A DNA stretch of 57,485 bases, from NCBI GenBank assembly GCA_950072105.1, contig CATMOE010000016.1, forward strand, positions 1 through 57,485, in the 5' to 3' direction. Numbering within the stretch: position 1 is the stretch's first letter; each line of letters starts with the position of its first letter. Source of the stretch: an uncultured Dehalococcoidia bacterium. GTDB taxonomy: Bacteria; Chloroflexota; Dehalococcoidia; Lucifugimonadales; UBA3495. Below the pieces are notes generated by a model, which ran no database searches, was not told where the DNA came from, and worked only from the letters and a program-made list of their open reading frames with translations. The position numbers were made by a program, and so were the translations under genes. Below, piece after piece: positions 9,708 through 19,346 of the stretch.

Positions 9708-10439
9708 TTACTCTCCTTGCGCGGGGTCGACCAACTCGGAAATAAGATGGACGATGCGGTCAGGCTTAACTTTGCTATCTTTGGGTAGGCCGGAGCGGCG
9801 CCAATCTACCCAGATTCCCCAGATGCCCACATCTTGCGCCCCGCCCACGTCGAAGTACAGATTATCTCCGGCCATCCAAGTTTGCTGTGGGTTGGCGCCA
9901 AGTTTCTCCATGGAATGCTCAAACACACTCCGGTCCGGCTTCCCGATGCCAAATTCACCCTCAATCACTATGGAATCGAAAAAAGGTGCCAGTCCAAAGC
10001 GGTCGATCTTGGCCCGCTGCGGCTCCTTGGCCCCATTGGTAACCAATCCCAGCTTGATTCCGTCACGGTGGAGTTGCCGCAGGGTCTCGATCGCGCCGGG
10101 ACGGGGAGCGATTAACTCCGTCCTGATTTTCTCGTAGGAGACCGAAATCTCTTCGCAGATTTCCGGGTCGCTTACTCCCAGGCATTGCAGTACCGAAGAC
10201 ACGATCTCTATGCGGGCGGCCAGCAGATCGCGCCGTCCGCGGAGATGGCGGTCCGGGTCACTCCAGAACCACTGGGCCTTTGCTTTTAACGCTGCGCAGA
10301 GTTCTTGGGTCCCCAACCCAGGAAGTTTTGGTGACACAGTGTCGCAGACCTGTTTCCAGGACCGGTCGGCCACGGAATCGTAGTCCAGAATTGTGTCGTC
10401 CAGATCGAAGAGGATCGCCTTGGGGTGACGGTGGGTCAC
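9708..10439 (-). CDS. HAD-superfamily hydrolase
   Basis: FDLDDT, VTNG, KP, GDNLYFDVGGA; GTG start at 10439 after GGAG. Confidence 0.92.
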   Translation of the reverse strand: MTHRHPKAILFDLDDTILDYDSVADRSWKQVCDTVSPKLPGLGTQELCAALKAKAQWFWSDPDRHLRGRRDLLAARIEIVSSVLQCLGVSDPEICEEISVSYEKIRTELIAPRPGAIETLRQLHRDGIKLGLVTNGAKEPQRAKIDRFGLAPFFDSIVIEGEFGIGKPDRSVFEHSMEKLGANPQQTWMAGDNLYFDVGGAQDVGIWGIWVDWRRSGLPKDSKVKPDRIVHLISELVDPAQGE

Positions 10440-10766
10440 GGGTAGCTCCGTCGCGGATGGGATCCAGAGTAGGAGAGTCCAACACCCTAGTTTGGGAGAG
10501 CCAATCTTAACACACGCTATTGCACGGGAAGGGGCCAGGGACATGGGAAATCACGTGGAACTTCTGGCTTGCCAATCGGGATCTGTTTGGAAAATAGAGC
10601 ATTTTGGGGGTTGATACAGGTATCTGATTTATGAAATCCGAGGTAACATAACGTGTAGGGGAATAGATAATCGCCCAAAGTGCGGCCATCTGACAACGTC
10701 TTATGGTCGATGGCACAATCCAGCCGGTTAGGAACCCGGGGTTTTCTCGGCCTATATCTTGGCACG

Positions 10767-10820
10767 ACTTGAGGATAGTCAAGTAGAAAACTTGACTTAA
10801 TTTTAAGAAAAGTATAAAAT
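10767..10820 (+). promoter_or_regulatory. Sigma70-type promoter with overlapping inverted-repeat operator
   Basis: TTGACT(10792)-N17-TAAAAT; AGTCAAGT-N5-ACTTGACT palindrome (10777-10797) covers the -35; a further ACTTGA half-site at 10767. Confidence 0.65.
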
Positions 10821-10863
10821 CAGTCTTGTTCAGGGTGGGAGTCGTGATGAGGTAGTGGAACTG

Positions 10864-10902
10864 AGCCAGGAATGGGCAAATGCCGTTCCTGGCTTTTCGT
10901 TT
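10864..10902 (+). terminator. Intrinsic terminator-like hairpin inside the leader of the 60-aa gene
   Basis: AGCCAGGAATGGGCA-AA-TGCCGTTCCTGGCT followed by TTTCGTTT. Confidence 0.6.
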
Positions 10903-10983
10903 GGCGTCGCTAGCTCGTTGATTAATCGCCACGACCGTCAAGCGGTCGCCCACAATCTCCTTTAATCAAACGTAGGAGGACGC

Positions 10984-11166
10984 ATGGAGTTAGATGAAAA
11001 GGTAACAATATTAGAAAATGACCTAGCAATTATTAAAACTACTATTAAAGATGTTTTGGTTGCATTAAAAGAAGATATGCTGCGGGATCACAATCCTCTG
11101 GGCGCTCCGAAGCTCTCGGACCAGCGAACGGTGAACGATCGACCCGTGATCGTGGTGTCCTCGTAG
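10984..11166 (+). CDS. Small hypothetical protein with predicted N-terminal coiled coil (60 aa)
   Basis: Strong AGGAGG RBS, own promoter and downstream terminator; heptad pattern MELDEKVTILENDLAIIKTTIKDVLVALKEDML. Confidence 0.75.
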   Translation: MELDEKVTILENDLAIIKTTIKDVLVALKEDMLRDHNPLGAPKLSDQRTVNDRPVIVVSS

Positions 11167-11290
11167 CTGACCCCATTCCCGGCCGAGTCAGGTAACGCAC
11201 CCGAATGGGTTATTTCGTGACCGATCTCATACCTTGTTAGCAGGGTAGTGTTTAAGTTCGAAGCGGCGGAATCGGACCAGGCGTACTATC

Positions 11291-11333
11291 AATAAAAGAG
11301 ACCTCCGGGTTCACCAGAGGTCTCTTTTATTTT
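11291..11333. terminator. Bidirectional intrinsic terminator
   Basis: AATAAAAGAGACCTC...GAGGTCTCTTTTATT between the convergent small gene and tRNA. Confidence 0.85.
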
Positions 11334-11342
11334 GGCGTAAGT

Positions 11343-11420
11343 TGGTACCCCGGACCAGATTCGAACTGGTGATCTCCACCTTGAAAGGGTGGCGTCCTAA
11401 CCGGGCTAGACGACCGGGGC
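11343..11420 (-). tRNA. tRNA-Glu (TTC)
   Basis: Reverse complement GCCCCGGTCGTCTAGCCCGGTTAGGACGCCACCCTTTCAAGGTGGAGATCACCAGTTCGAATCTGGTCCGGGGTACCA; cloverleaf, TTC anticodon, encoded CCA. Confidence 0.97.
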
Positions 11421-11502
11421 TCGAATCTATGTTACTACAATCCAGGCAGGGCCGCCAATGGCGTGGGGTTGTCGAACAACCGGTTAGGACCCGCGGCCTG
11501 GC

Positions 11503-12531
11503 TTACGGATAGAGCGCCATCGCCGGTAGGCCGGTCTCTTCCGGAATGCCAAACATCAAATTCATGTTTTGCATGGCCTGCCCGGCGGCGCCCTTCACTA
11601 AGTTATCGATGCAACTGACCACCACCAACCGGCCGGCCTGCTCGTCTACCGTGGGATATACCAAGCAGAGATTGCTGCCCGTGGTTTGCTTGGATTGGGG
11701 CGGCGCGTCCGTTACCCATACGAAGGGATGGTCCTTGTAGTATTCCATGTACAGGTCACGAACGGTCTGTTTGGTTGTTCCTGAATCGACCAGCGGAGCG
11801 TAGCAGGTGGCCAGGATCCCCCTGGTCATGGGAATTCGGTGGGGAACAAACGTAACCCTGGCAGTGGGCGCTTCCCGCAACTCGGCCAGTTCTTGAGCTA
11901 TCTCCGGCTGATGCCCGTGACCGTCCAGACCGTAGGCCATCGCGTTCTCGTTGGCCTCGGCGTAGTGGTCCATGATGTTGGTCGCCAGGCCGCCCCGTCC
12001 CGCGCCCGAAATACCGGTTTTGGCATCCACGATAACGTCGTCGCCGATTATGCCTTCCCGGACGGCTGGAGCTAGGGCTAGGATGGACGCCTCAGGAAAA
12101 CAGCCTGGATTGGCCACCAGATCTGTTGATTTGATGGCCTCGCGGTGAATCTCCGGCAGGCCGTACACCGCCTTTTCCAATAGGTGGGGCGATGGATGGT
12201 CTATCTTGTACGCCTTCTTGAAACTGGCGGCGTCATGGAGTCGAAAATCCGCGGCGATGTCTATCGCCTTCGTGCCGCTTTCGACAAAGGGGGTCAACGC
12301 CTCGGCGCTGGCGCCGCTGGGCAGCGCCGAGAAAACTAGGTCCACGGGAACGTGGATCGCCTCGGTCACTTCAAGGTCGATTTCCCATAGGTGGGGCATC
12401 ACTTCTGGCAGCCGCTTGCCAGCGGCGCTTCGTCCGGTGACCGACACCAGCTCTACCTCTGGGTGATGCCACAGCAACCGGGCCAGTTCCGAACCGGCGT
12501 ACCCGGTAACGTTGATGATACCGACTTTCAT
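11503..12531 (-). CDS. argC: N-acetyl-gamma-glutamyl-phosphate reductase
   Basis: TGYAGSEL, VANPGCF, GISGAGR, IDNLVKGAAGQAMQNMN. Confidence 0.97.
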   Translation of the reverse strand: MKVGIINVTGYAGSELARLLWHHPEVELVSVTGRSAAGKRLPEVMPHLWEIDLEVTEAIHVPVDLVFSALPSGASAEALTPFVESGTKAIDIAADFRLHDAASFKKAYKIDHPSPHLLEKAVYGLPEIHREAIKSTDLVANPGCFPEASILALAPAVREGIIGDDVIVDAKTGISGAGRGGLATNIMDHYAEANENAMAYGLDGHGHQPEIAQELAELREAPTARVTFVPHRIPMTRGILATCYAPLVDSGTTKQTVRDLYMEYYKDHPFVWVTDAPPQSKQTTGSNLCLVYPTVDEQAGRLVVVSCIDNLVKGAAGQAMQNMNLMFGIPEETGLPAMALYP

Positions 12532-12536
12532 TACTT

Positions 12537-13337
12537 CTATTCCTTGATCGCTACAGAGTGGGGCAAGGGGCCGGTCTTCTTGGTCTGACCTTTGGCGGAA
12601 GCTCTAGCAGCTTTCTTGGATGGCTCTTGGGGAGCTTCCGTCGGCGCCATGAATTGTTCTCGCGATGGACAGGCTTCCGCCACCACGCATTCGCCGCATA
12701 GAGGGCGCTGGGCCTTGCATACCTGCCGGCCGTGAGTGATGAATGCCAGGTGGAACGGGTAGACTTGGTCCGGATCTACCACTGCTTCCAGGATGTCGTG
12801 AGCTTTATCAGCTGTGACTTTAGGGCCTATCAATGCCAATCTTTTGCTGACCCGGTATATGTGGGTGTCGATGGCCATGGCGGGCATTCCCAAAGCGAAG
12901 CTGAGGATGATTCCCGCCGATTTGGGGCCGATACCCGGCAATTGCCGCAGCCAGGCCTTTGCTTCATCCAAAGGCAATTCCCGTAAGAAGGAGAGGTCCA
13001 GGGAGCCGTTCAGTTCGAGAATAAGATTCAATACCTGCTTGATGCGGGGCGCTTTGATCTTGGCCAGTCCGCCGGGGGCGATGGTGCTTTCTATGTCTGA
13101 CGGCTCTCCCCTGGCCACCTCTTCCAATGTTCCGAACTTGTCCATCAGTAGATGGTAGGCTCGGGAGGAGTTCGTGTCCGAAGTGTGCTGGGAGAGAATA
13201 GTGAATACTATCTCATGGGCGGCGTCCAGGCGCGGTTCCTCGGCAAAAGGGCCGTAGCGGTCCGTCATGATCCGGATGATTTGGTCGATGCTCGGCATCG
13301 ATTTTATTTTGGCGGCCGCTTTAGATCTGGTTGGCAC
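12537..13337 (-). CDS. nth: Endonuclease III (HhH-GPD, 4Fe-4S)
   Basis: TILSQHT, LPGIGPKSA, IDTHIYR, C-x6-C-x2-C-x5-C; GTG start after GGAGG. Confidence 0.9.
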   Translation of the reverse strand: MPTRSKAAAKIKSMPSIDQIIRIMTDRYGPFAEEPRLDAAHEIVFTILSQHTSDTNSSRAYHLLMDKFGTLEEVARGEPSDIESTIAPGGLAKIKAPRIKQVLNLILELNGSLDLSFLRELPLDEAKAWLRQLPGIGPKSAGIILSFALGMPAMAIDTHIYRVSKRLALIGPKVTADKAHDILEAVVDPDQVYPFHLAFITHGRQVCKAQRPLCGECVVAEACPSREQFMAPTEAPQEPSKKAARASAKGQTKKTGPLPHSVAIKE

Positions 13338-13487
13338 CGTTCTCCTCCGAACGTGAGGGTTGAACAATCTTACTTACCGAGGCGCGATGGAGATCGAATG
13401 GAAAGCGCTAACGAGGTTCTGGTCTTCCGCGCCGCCGGTTCATGATGCCGATTCTAGCACCGCCGTAGACCGGCCTCAAGTGGGGGA

Positions 13488-14912
13488 TCACTCGATGGCG
13501 TGTAACTCTCCATCGGAAGTACGCACGTAGAAGCGGCCTTGGGCGAATGCCGGGGCGACTTCGATGGGCGCGCCCAGGGAAAGTTGCCAGATCACGTCGC
13601 CGGAATGCCCGTTCAGAGCGTAGAAAATGCCGCCCCTGGTTCCGAAGTAAACCTGGTCATCCAGAACCACAGGCGAGGCGATTATCGCTGAGTCCGCCTG
13701 AAAACTCCACAGCTTAGTGCCCTTGACGGCGTCTCTGGCATAAAAAACGCCCAGGGTATCGCCGGCGAATAGCGCGGTTGGCGTTACCGCCGGTGGAGAT
13801 ATGATTCCCGCCTTTCTTGAATCAGGTGAAATACGCCATTTGCCACCCTTCTGGCCGGGGGGCCTTGGGATGCCGGGAACTTGCCACAGCCAAAACTGGG
13901 CCCAAACCTTCTTGAATTGTAGTTCCCCGGGGATCTCCCGGGATTTGGCGTCTACGGCGTATATCCGCCCGGTGGACGAAAAATAAGCCAGGCCATTAGC
14001 CACGACGGGTGAGTCGGTGTTGCCGCCGCCAGTACGAAAGCGGTGGCGCTTTTGACCGGTCCTGGCATCTAGGCTGTAATAATTTCCCTCGGTGTCGGTT
14101 GTGTAGACCAGGCCATCGTACACCGCTGCGTCGGAGTGCACGCTGGCAGCCCCCTTTGTCTTCCAGATCAATTTCCCAGTAGACCCGTCCAGGGCGTAGG
14201 TGAAGCCGTCCCATGCGCCGACGTAGACGATGCCTCCGGATACTGTCGGCGACGAGGAGACGGCATCCTCAGTCTTGATCTGCCACACGGTCTCCCCAGT
14301 AGACCGCTTCATGGCCATGATACGGTGGTCTAAAAAGCCTAAATATATAAAATCTCCCGCCACCGCCGGCGAAGAGTGAACCGGCCCCGTGGCGTCCCGC
14401 TCCCAAATCAGATCGCCGGTATTAGCGTCCAACGCCAACACCTGGAAGTGCGCCCCCAGATATATGACTCCATCGGCTATGGTGGGTGACGATTGAGTGT
14501 TCAATCCCAGGAACCGGCTCCACGCAACCTCTCCCTTGGGTTGGCTGGGTACTTGGGGCAGGTACCTGGTCTTCTGGTGGTCCCAGCCCATCATGGACCA
14601 CTGGCCCGGCTGGGACGCGGAAGACAGGTCTGTAACGGGTCTATTGAAGATGAGAGTTACTGGATTGGGCAGGAAGGGGTAGTTAAACCATATCAGAACT
14701 GACAAAACGATGACAATCACGCCGATGCGTATCGCCCGGCTGCGGGTCAGCCACTTTTGCTGGCTGGGTAACTGTTCGACCCAGCTGGGGAGTTCGACGA
14801 TGAACCGGTCGCACTGGGCGCACGGTTGCCCCTGGATCTGGTTCTCGGCTCCACACCCACGGCACGTAACCGTCCCGTTGGTGTGGGCACCTTGATGCGC
14901 AACGTCACTCAT
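13488..14912 (-). CDS. Membrane-anchored PQQ/BamB-like beta-propeller with N-terminal zinc ribbon
   Basis: CRGC...CAQC, one TM segment, repeated SSP.V..G.VY.G....YALD..TG...W blades. Confidence 0.85.
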   Translation of the reverse strand: MSDVAHQGAHTNGTVTCRGCGAENQIQGQPCAQCDRFIVELPSWVEQLPSQQKWLTRSRAIRIGVIVIVLSVLIWFNYPFLPNPVTLIFNRPVTDLSSASQPGQWSMMGWDHQKTRYLPQVPSQPKGEVAWSRFLGLNTQSSPTIADGVIYLGAHFQVLALDANTGDLIWERDATGPVHSSPAVAGDFIYLGFLDHRIMAMKRSTGETVWQIKTEDAVSSSPTVSGGIVYVGAWDGFTYALDGSTGKLIWKTKGAASVHSDAAVYDGLVYTTDTEGNYYSLDARTGQKRHRFRTGGGNTDSPVVANGLAYFSSTGRIYAVDAKSREIPGELQFKKVWAQFWLWQVPGIPRPPGQKGGKWRISPDSRKAGIISPPAVTPTALFAGDTLGVFYARDAVKGTKLWSFQADSAIIASPVVLDDQVYFGTRGGIFYALNGHSGDVIWQLSLGAPIEVAPAFAQGRFYVRTSDGELHAIE

Positions 14913-15172
14913 TGGTTATAGGTTAACTCGGACGGACCGTAGGGCGCAATCTTACTTCGGGAATTGGATCCAGATGCGTAACCGTCAGTAAGGCGAATCA
15001 CCCAGCCAGCAGGAGTAAGTGGACAGACTACAGAGAATTCAGTACCTAGCCGAGGATATCCAAAAGAGGAAGTCCGATTCGGCAACAAGTTCGGGGCGGA
15101 TGGATCATCCTTGATGGTGGTTCACCCCAGTCATATTGGGGTCACAACAGTGTCGGCTAATAGAATAGGCAC

Positions 15173-16150
15173 TTAGTACAGGTGGCAAGAGACCCGGTGC
15201 CCTGGCGCAACTTCTTTCTCCACCGGCGCCTCCTCCGAGCACTTATCCATGGCAAAGGGGCACCGGGGATGGAACCGGCATCCGGAGGGCGGGTTGATGG
15301 GCGAGGGCACCTCACCAGTGAGTACTATCTCTTCACGGACCATGTCCGGATGAGAAGGTAGCGCTGCCGAGAACAGAGCCTTGGTGTAAGGATGGAGGGG
15401 GTTTTGGTACAGCTCTTCGGTATCCGAATACTCCACGACCTGACCCAAGTACATCACTGCCGTTTGATGGGCCATGTAGCGGACTGTGGCCAGGTTGTGG
15501 GCAATCAGCAGGTAGCCTACGTCGTATTCGCCTTGAAGGTCCTTGAGCAGGTTCATCACCTGGGCGCGGATCGAAACGTCTAGGGCCGAGACGGGCTCGT
15601 CCAGGACGATGAGCTTGGGGTAAGATACCAAGGCGCTGGCGACAGCTATGCGCTGGCGTTGCCCGCCGCTGAACTCATGAGGGTAGTTCTTGGCCTGATC
15701 TGTGTGCAATCCGACCTGGTTCATGACCTCATGTACACGGTCATTAACCTCTTCGGACGAGACCTTCCGGTTCACCACCAGGGCTTCGGCGATTATGTCT
15801 TTGACGCGCATCCTGGGGCTCAAGGAAGACCAGGGGTCTTGGAACACCGCTTGGACCATCGTCCGGTAATCGCGCAGTTCTTCCCCTTTGAAGTCCTGAA
15901 TGTCCTTGCCTTCCACGAGCACTCTCCCCTCTGTGGGCACCTCTAACCGCAATATCATCTTGCTCGTGGTGGTCTTTCCGCAGCCGGACTCGCCGACCAG
16001 CCCCAGAGTTTCACCTTGCTTGATGGTAAAGCTGATCCCGTCCACCGCCTGCACGTGGCCGACGGTCTTCATCATTATGAGCCCTTTGGTTACGGGGAAA
16101 TATTTTTTTACGCCCTCTAGCTCGAGCAGCGGTGCCGCGCCGTTTACCAT
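15173..16150 (-). CDS. Oligopeptide/dipeptide ABC transporter ATP-binding protein (OppF/DppF-like)
   Basis: [30 protein letters not shown]. Confidence 0.95.
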   Translation of the reverse strand: MVNGAAPLLELEGVKKYFPVTKGLIMMKTVGHVQAVDGISFTIKQGETLGLVGESGCGKTTTSKMILRLEVPTEGRVLVEGKDIQDFKGEELRDYRTMVQAVFQDPWSSLSPRMRVKDIIAEALVVNRKVSSEEVNDRVHEVMNQVGLHTDQAKNYPHEFSGGQRQRIAVASALVSYPKLIVLDEPVSALDVSIRAQVMNLLKDLQGEYDVGYLLIAHNLATVRYMAHQTAVMYLGQVVEYSDTEELYQNPLHPYTKALFSAALPSHPDMVREEIVLTGEVPSPINPPSGCRFHPRCPFAMDKCSEEAPVEKEVAPGHRVSCHLY

Positions 16151-17130
16151 GATGGGTCCAGCCTCCAGCAGTCGGCCGTATGGCCTTCTTTAATAGGAAA
16201 GGTGGGCGGGTATTCCTGGCACTTGTCCCTGGCATGAGGGCAGCGCTCGGCAAACAAGCAGCCTTCCGGCAGGTCCCAAAGCAGCGGAGGTTGGCCTTCG
16301 ATCGAATATAGTCGATCAACTTTTTCTTCCAGCTTGGGCACGGAGTCCATCAGCGCTTGGGTATAGGGATGCTGGGGGTCGTTGAACAAGTCTCGCACCG
16401 AACCGTGTTCCACGATGTGGCCCGCGTACATCACCGCCACCCGGTCGCACATCCTGGCCACCACGCCGAAGTCATGGGTGATGAATATGATAGCCAACCC
16501 GGTGCGTGCTTGAATGTCCTTGAGCAGCCGCAGATATTGCAACTGAATGGTGACGTCCAAGGCTGTGGTGGGCTCGTCGGCGATGATGATATCCGGTTCC
16601 AGCGACATGGCAATAGCCCCCACCACTCGCTGCTTCATGCCACCACTCATCTGGTGGGGAAAGTCCTCCAAGCGGCGCTCCGGAGCGGCCACGTTCACCT
16701 GGCGCAAAGAGTCCACCGCCCGCTGCAACAGGTTCTTGCGCCCTTCCTTGTGGGTCAGCGCCAGGGATTCCATGAGTTGGTTCCCGATGTTGAACACAGG
16801 GTTCAGGGAGGTCTGGGGATCCTGTAGAATCATGGAAATCTTCTGGCCACGCACTTGGCGCATCTCGGCTTCACTCTTCTGCACCAGGTCCTCGCCGTGA
16901 AGCAGAATCTCCCCGCCGACGATGCGGCCGGCCGGCTTAGGGACCAATCGCAACAGGGAAAGAGCGGTCATGGTCTTGCCGCAACCCGACTCGCCGACGA
17001 TTCCCAGGGTTTCTCCCTGCCGCAGGTTGAAGCTGATGCCATCCACCGCTTTCACCACGGAAGTTCGGGTATAAAAGTACGTGCGGAGGTCATTGACCTC
17101 CAGGATTACTTCTCCTTGTGCAGCCGCCAT
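16144..17130 (-). CDS. Oligopeptide/dipeptide ABC transporter ATP-binding protein (OppD/DppD-like)
   Basis: [26 protein letters not shown]. Confidence 0.95.
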   Translation of the reverse strand: MAAAQGEVILEVNDLRTYFYTRTSVVKAVDGISFNLRQGETLGIVGESGCGKTMTALSLLRLVPKPAGRIVGGEILLHGEDLVQKSEAEMRQVRGQKISMILQDPQTSLNPVFNIGNQLMESLALTHKEGRKNLLQRAVDSLRQVNVAAPERRLEDFPHQMSGGMKQRVVGAIAMSLEPDIIIADEPTTALDVTIQLQYLRLLKDIQARTGLAIIFITHDFGVVARMCDRVAVMYAGHIVEHGSVRDLFNDPQHPYTQALMDSVPKLEEKVDRLYSIEGQPPLLWDLPEGCLFAERCPHARDKCQEYPPTFPIKEGHTADCWRLDPSW

Positions 17131-17134
17131 AGAG

Positions 17135-18220
17135 CTATATGTTCCTTAGTTTGGGGTCTAGCTTGTCTCGCAGCCAGTCACCCAGAAGATTCATGGAGAG
17201 TACAGTAAGCACGATGGCAACGCAAGGGAAGAAGAAGATCCACCAAGCCGCCACGATAAGCTCCCGCCCATCGGCTACCATAACGCCCCACGCCGGAGTT
17301 GGCCGGGGAATGCCGGCGCCTAGGAAACTAAGCGTCGACTCCAGGATGATTACGTGGCCTACTTCCAGTGTGGCCAGCACAACCGCGGTGTTCATCAAGT
17401 TAGGGAATATGTGCCGGGCCATGATTCTAAAGTTGGACGCGCCAGCCACTTGAGCCCGGTCGATGAAATCTCTGTTCATTATGGCCATTGCTTCACCACG
17501 TACCACCCGGGCGTAACGAGCCCACAACAGCACGGAGATCACGATGATTACCGTGAGCAGTCCGGGTTTCCAGGCGGCCACCAGCACCAGCGCCAGCAGA
17601 ATCGAAGGGAAGGCAAGCTTGATGTCAACTAGCCGCATTATCAAGGTGTCCGTTATTCCGCCCTTATAGGCAGCCAACAGACCCAGGATCACGCCCAGGC
17701 CACCTCCCAGGGCGATCGCCAATACGGAGACGGTGAGAGACACCCGTGAGCCGTGAATGATCCGGCTCAAGATATCCCTGCCTTGCTTGTCCGTCCCAAG
17801 AGGATAGGTCCAGGTGCCTCCCTGACGTATGACGACTCTTAGTTTATCGCCCACATCTACGGTGCCGTCGCCCCCGCCCTCTAAGAATGTTGCGGTACCC
17901 CGCTTCATCCTCCGGGTAGCCGACGACAAAGTGATCTCACCCTGCCTTGCAACCCGGCGGTCTTGCTTCTGTACCACCGTTTGTTCAGCAATCTTGTCCC
18001 CGATCCACGCGGGTGGACGCTTCACCAGGTCCAGATCGCCGATACGGTGGTCGTGTGGCGCTATCTGGTTGGCGAATATCGCTGGAATTACCAGTACGAA
18101 TAGAAGGACGAAGCCAGGCAGCAAGGGGTACCGTCTTGCCCAGGCAAGTCCCTGCGTAACTGCCGGTCCTCCGGGGAGGGAGTCTATGAACCCACGTTTG
18201 GGCAGGGCTACTATGGCCAT
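17135..18220 (-). CDS. Peptide ABC transporter permease (OppC/DppC-like)
   Basis: LGTDKQGRDILSR, ESTLSFLG, PAWGVM; ATG 18220 after AAGGAG. Confidence 0.93.
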   Translation of the reverse strand: MAIVALPKRGFIDSLPGGPAVTQGLAWARRYPLLPGFVLLFVLVIPAIFANQIAPHDHRIGDLDLVKRPPAWIGDKIAEQTVVQKQDRRVARQGEITLSSATRRMKRGTATFLEGGGDGTVDVGDKLRVVIRQGGTWTYPLGTDKQGRDILSRIIHGSRVSLTVSVLAIALGGGLGVILGLLAAYKGGITDTLIMRLVDIKLAFPSILLALVLVAAWKPGLLTVIIVISVLLWARYARVVRGEAMAIMNRDFIDRAQVAGASNFRIMARHIFPNLMNTAVVLATLEVGHVIILESTLSFLGAGIPRPTPAWGVMVADGRELIVAAWWIFFFPCVAIVLTVLSMNLLGDWLRDKLDPKLRNI

Positions 18221-18255
18221 GGGGCCACTCCTTGAACCTCGGGAGGGAGATGTGG

Positions 18256-19176
18256 TTACGAGTAACGGATGCGCGGGTCGATGTAGGCGTACAGGATGTC
18301 CACCAATATATTGATCAGGATGAATGTGAAAGCAAACAAAAGCACCACAGCCTGAACTACTGTGAAGTCCCGGGCGAGAATGGCCTCGATAACCAAGGCC
18401 CCAAGGCCAGGCCAAGCAAAAACCGTTTCGGTGACCACGGAGCCGGTGATTAGCACCGCCCCTATGAGGCCAAAGTATGTTAGTGGAACGATGAGGGCAT
18501 TGCGGAAGCAGTGCTTCCAAATTACTCGGCGCTCCGAAACCCCTTTTATACGGGCCAGTTTAACGTACTCCGTGTCCAGAACCTCCAGCATGGAGGAGCG
18601 GGTCAATCTCATCAGGGCTGCAACGTTATAGTACCCCAACGCCACCCCGGGTAGGACCATGTGACTCAAGCCCCCCCTTCCCGATGTGGGGAACCAGTCC
18701 AACTGGACCGCGAACACCCACATCAAGATCAGCCCTAGAGCGAATGATGGCGCAGACTGCCCCAATATGGCCACCATCTTCCCGGCGTAATCGATACCAG
18801 TGTCCTTTTTCACCGCCACCAATACTCCGACCGGGAAAGCGATGGCTGCGCTAATCAGGAGAGCGAAAGCGGACAGTTGGACGGTGGCGGGGAGTCGCTC
18901 GGCAATCAATTCGGAAGCCGGGACACCAGCCCACTTGAACGAGTTACCAAGGTCGCCACGAGTTAGTCGTTTGATGTACACGAAATACTGTATGTGGAGC
19001 GGTTTATCTAGCCCCCACTCTATTTGAGTCTGGAGGATCTGCTCTTCTGATGCTTCGTCGGGCAACAGGACTTGCGTCGGGTCCCCAGTCACGCGTGCGA
19101 GAGCGAACACCACCATACTGATGACGATGATTGCCAGCAATCCTTGGGCAGAGCGGCGGAGGATGTACCGCTGCAT
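18256..19176 (-). CDS. Peptide ABC transporter permease (OppB/DppB-like)
   Basis: GLDKPLHIQY, RSSMLEVL..EYVKLARIKG, ETVFAWPGLG, IDPRIRY. Confidence 0.95.
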   Translation of the reverse strand: MQRYILRRSAQGLLAIIVISMVVFALARVTGDPTQVLLPDEASEEQILQTQIEWGLDKPLHIQYFVYIKRLTRGDLGNSFKWAGVPASELIAERLPATVQLSAFALLISAAIAFPVGVLVAVKKDTGIDYAGKMVAILGQSAPSFALGLILMWVFAVQLDWFPTSGRGGLSHMVLPGVALGYYNVAALMRLTRSSMLEVLDTEYVKLARIKGVSERRVIWKHCFRNALIVPLTYFGLIGAVLITGSVVTETVFAWPGLGALVIEAILARDFTVVQAVVLLFAFTFILINILVDILYAYIDPRIRYS

Positions 19177-19248
19177 AAGGGCTCCTCGTGCTAATATTAG
19201 GCGTGTTGATGACGAGAAGGATCTAATTGCCTAATTAATTTAGTATCA

Positions 19249-19302
19249 TTGCCAGCAAATACATGAGGGAACTTGCCTGCCCCATTGGTTATTTGCTGGC
19301 AA
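19249..19302. other. Intergenic stem-loop between the solute-binding protein and permease genes
   Basis: TTGCCAGCAAATA...TATTTGCTGGCAA, 13-bp inverted repeat. Confidence 0.7.
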
Positions 19303-19346
19303 ATCTAATTCCTATTTGCGAAAATGCCTGAAAGTCCTATAGCGGC

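Noticed and set aside
10507..10953. 148-aa minus-strand ORF
   Set aside because: No RBS or motif, and it runs antisense through a clear promoter and leader.
10500..11345. Genomic island integrated at tRNA-Glu
   Set aside because: AT-richer DNA lies beyond the tRNA 3' end, but no duplicated tRNA end (att site) or integrase was found.
14913..15172. Small gene between the ABC ATPase and the propeller gene
   Set aside because: Open stretches lack a credible start/RBS and any motif.
18221..18520. N-terminal 100 aa of the 461-aa permease ORF
   Set aside because: Overlaps the neighbouring permease out of frame; the RBS supports ATG 18220.
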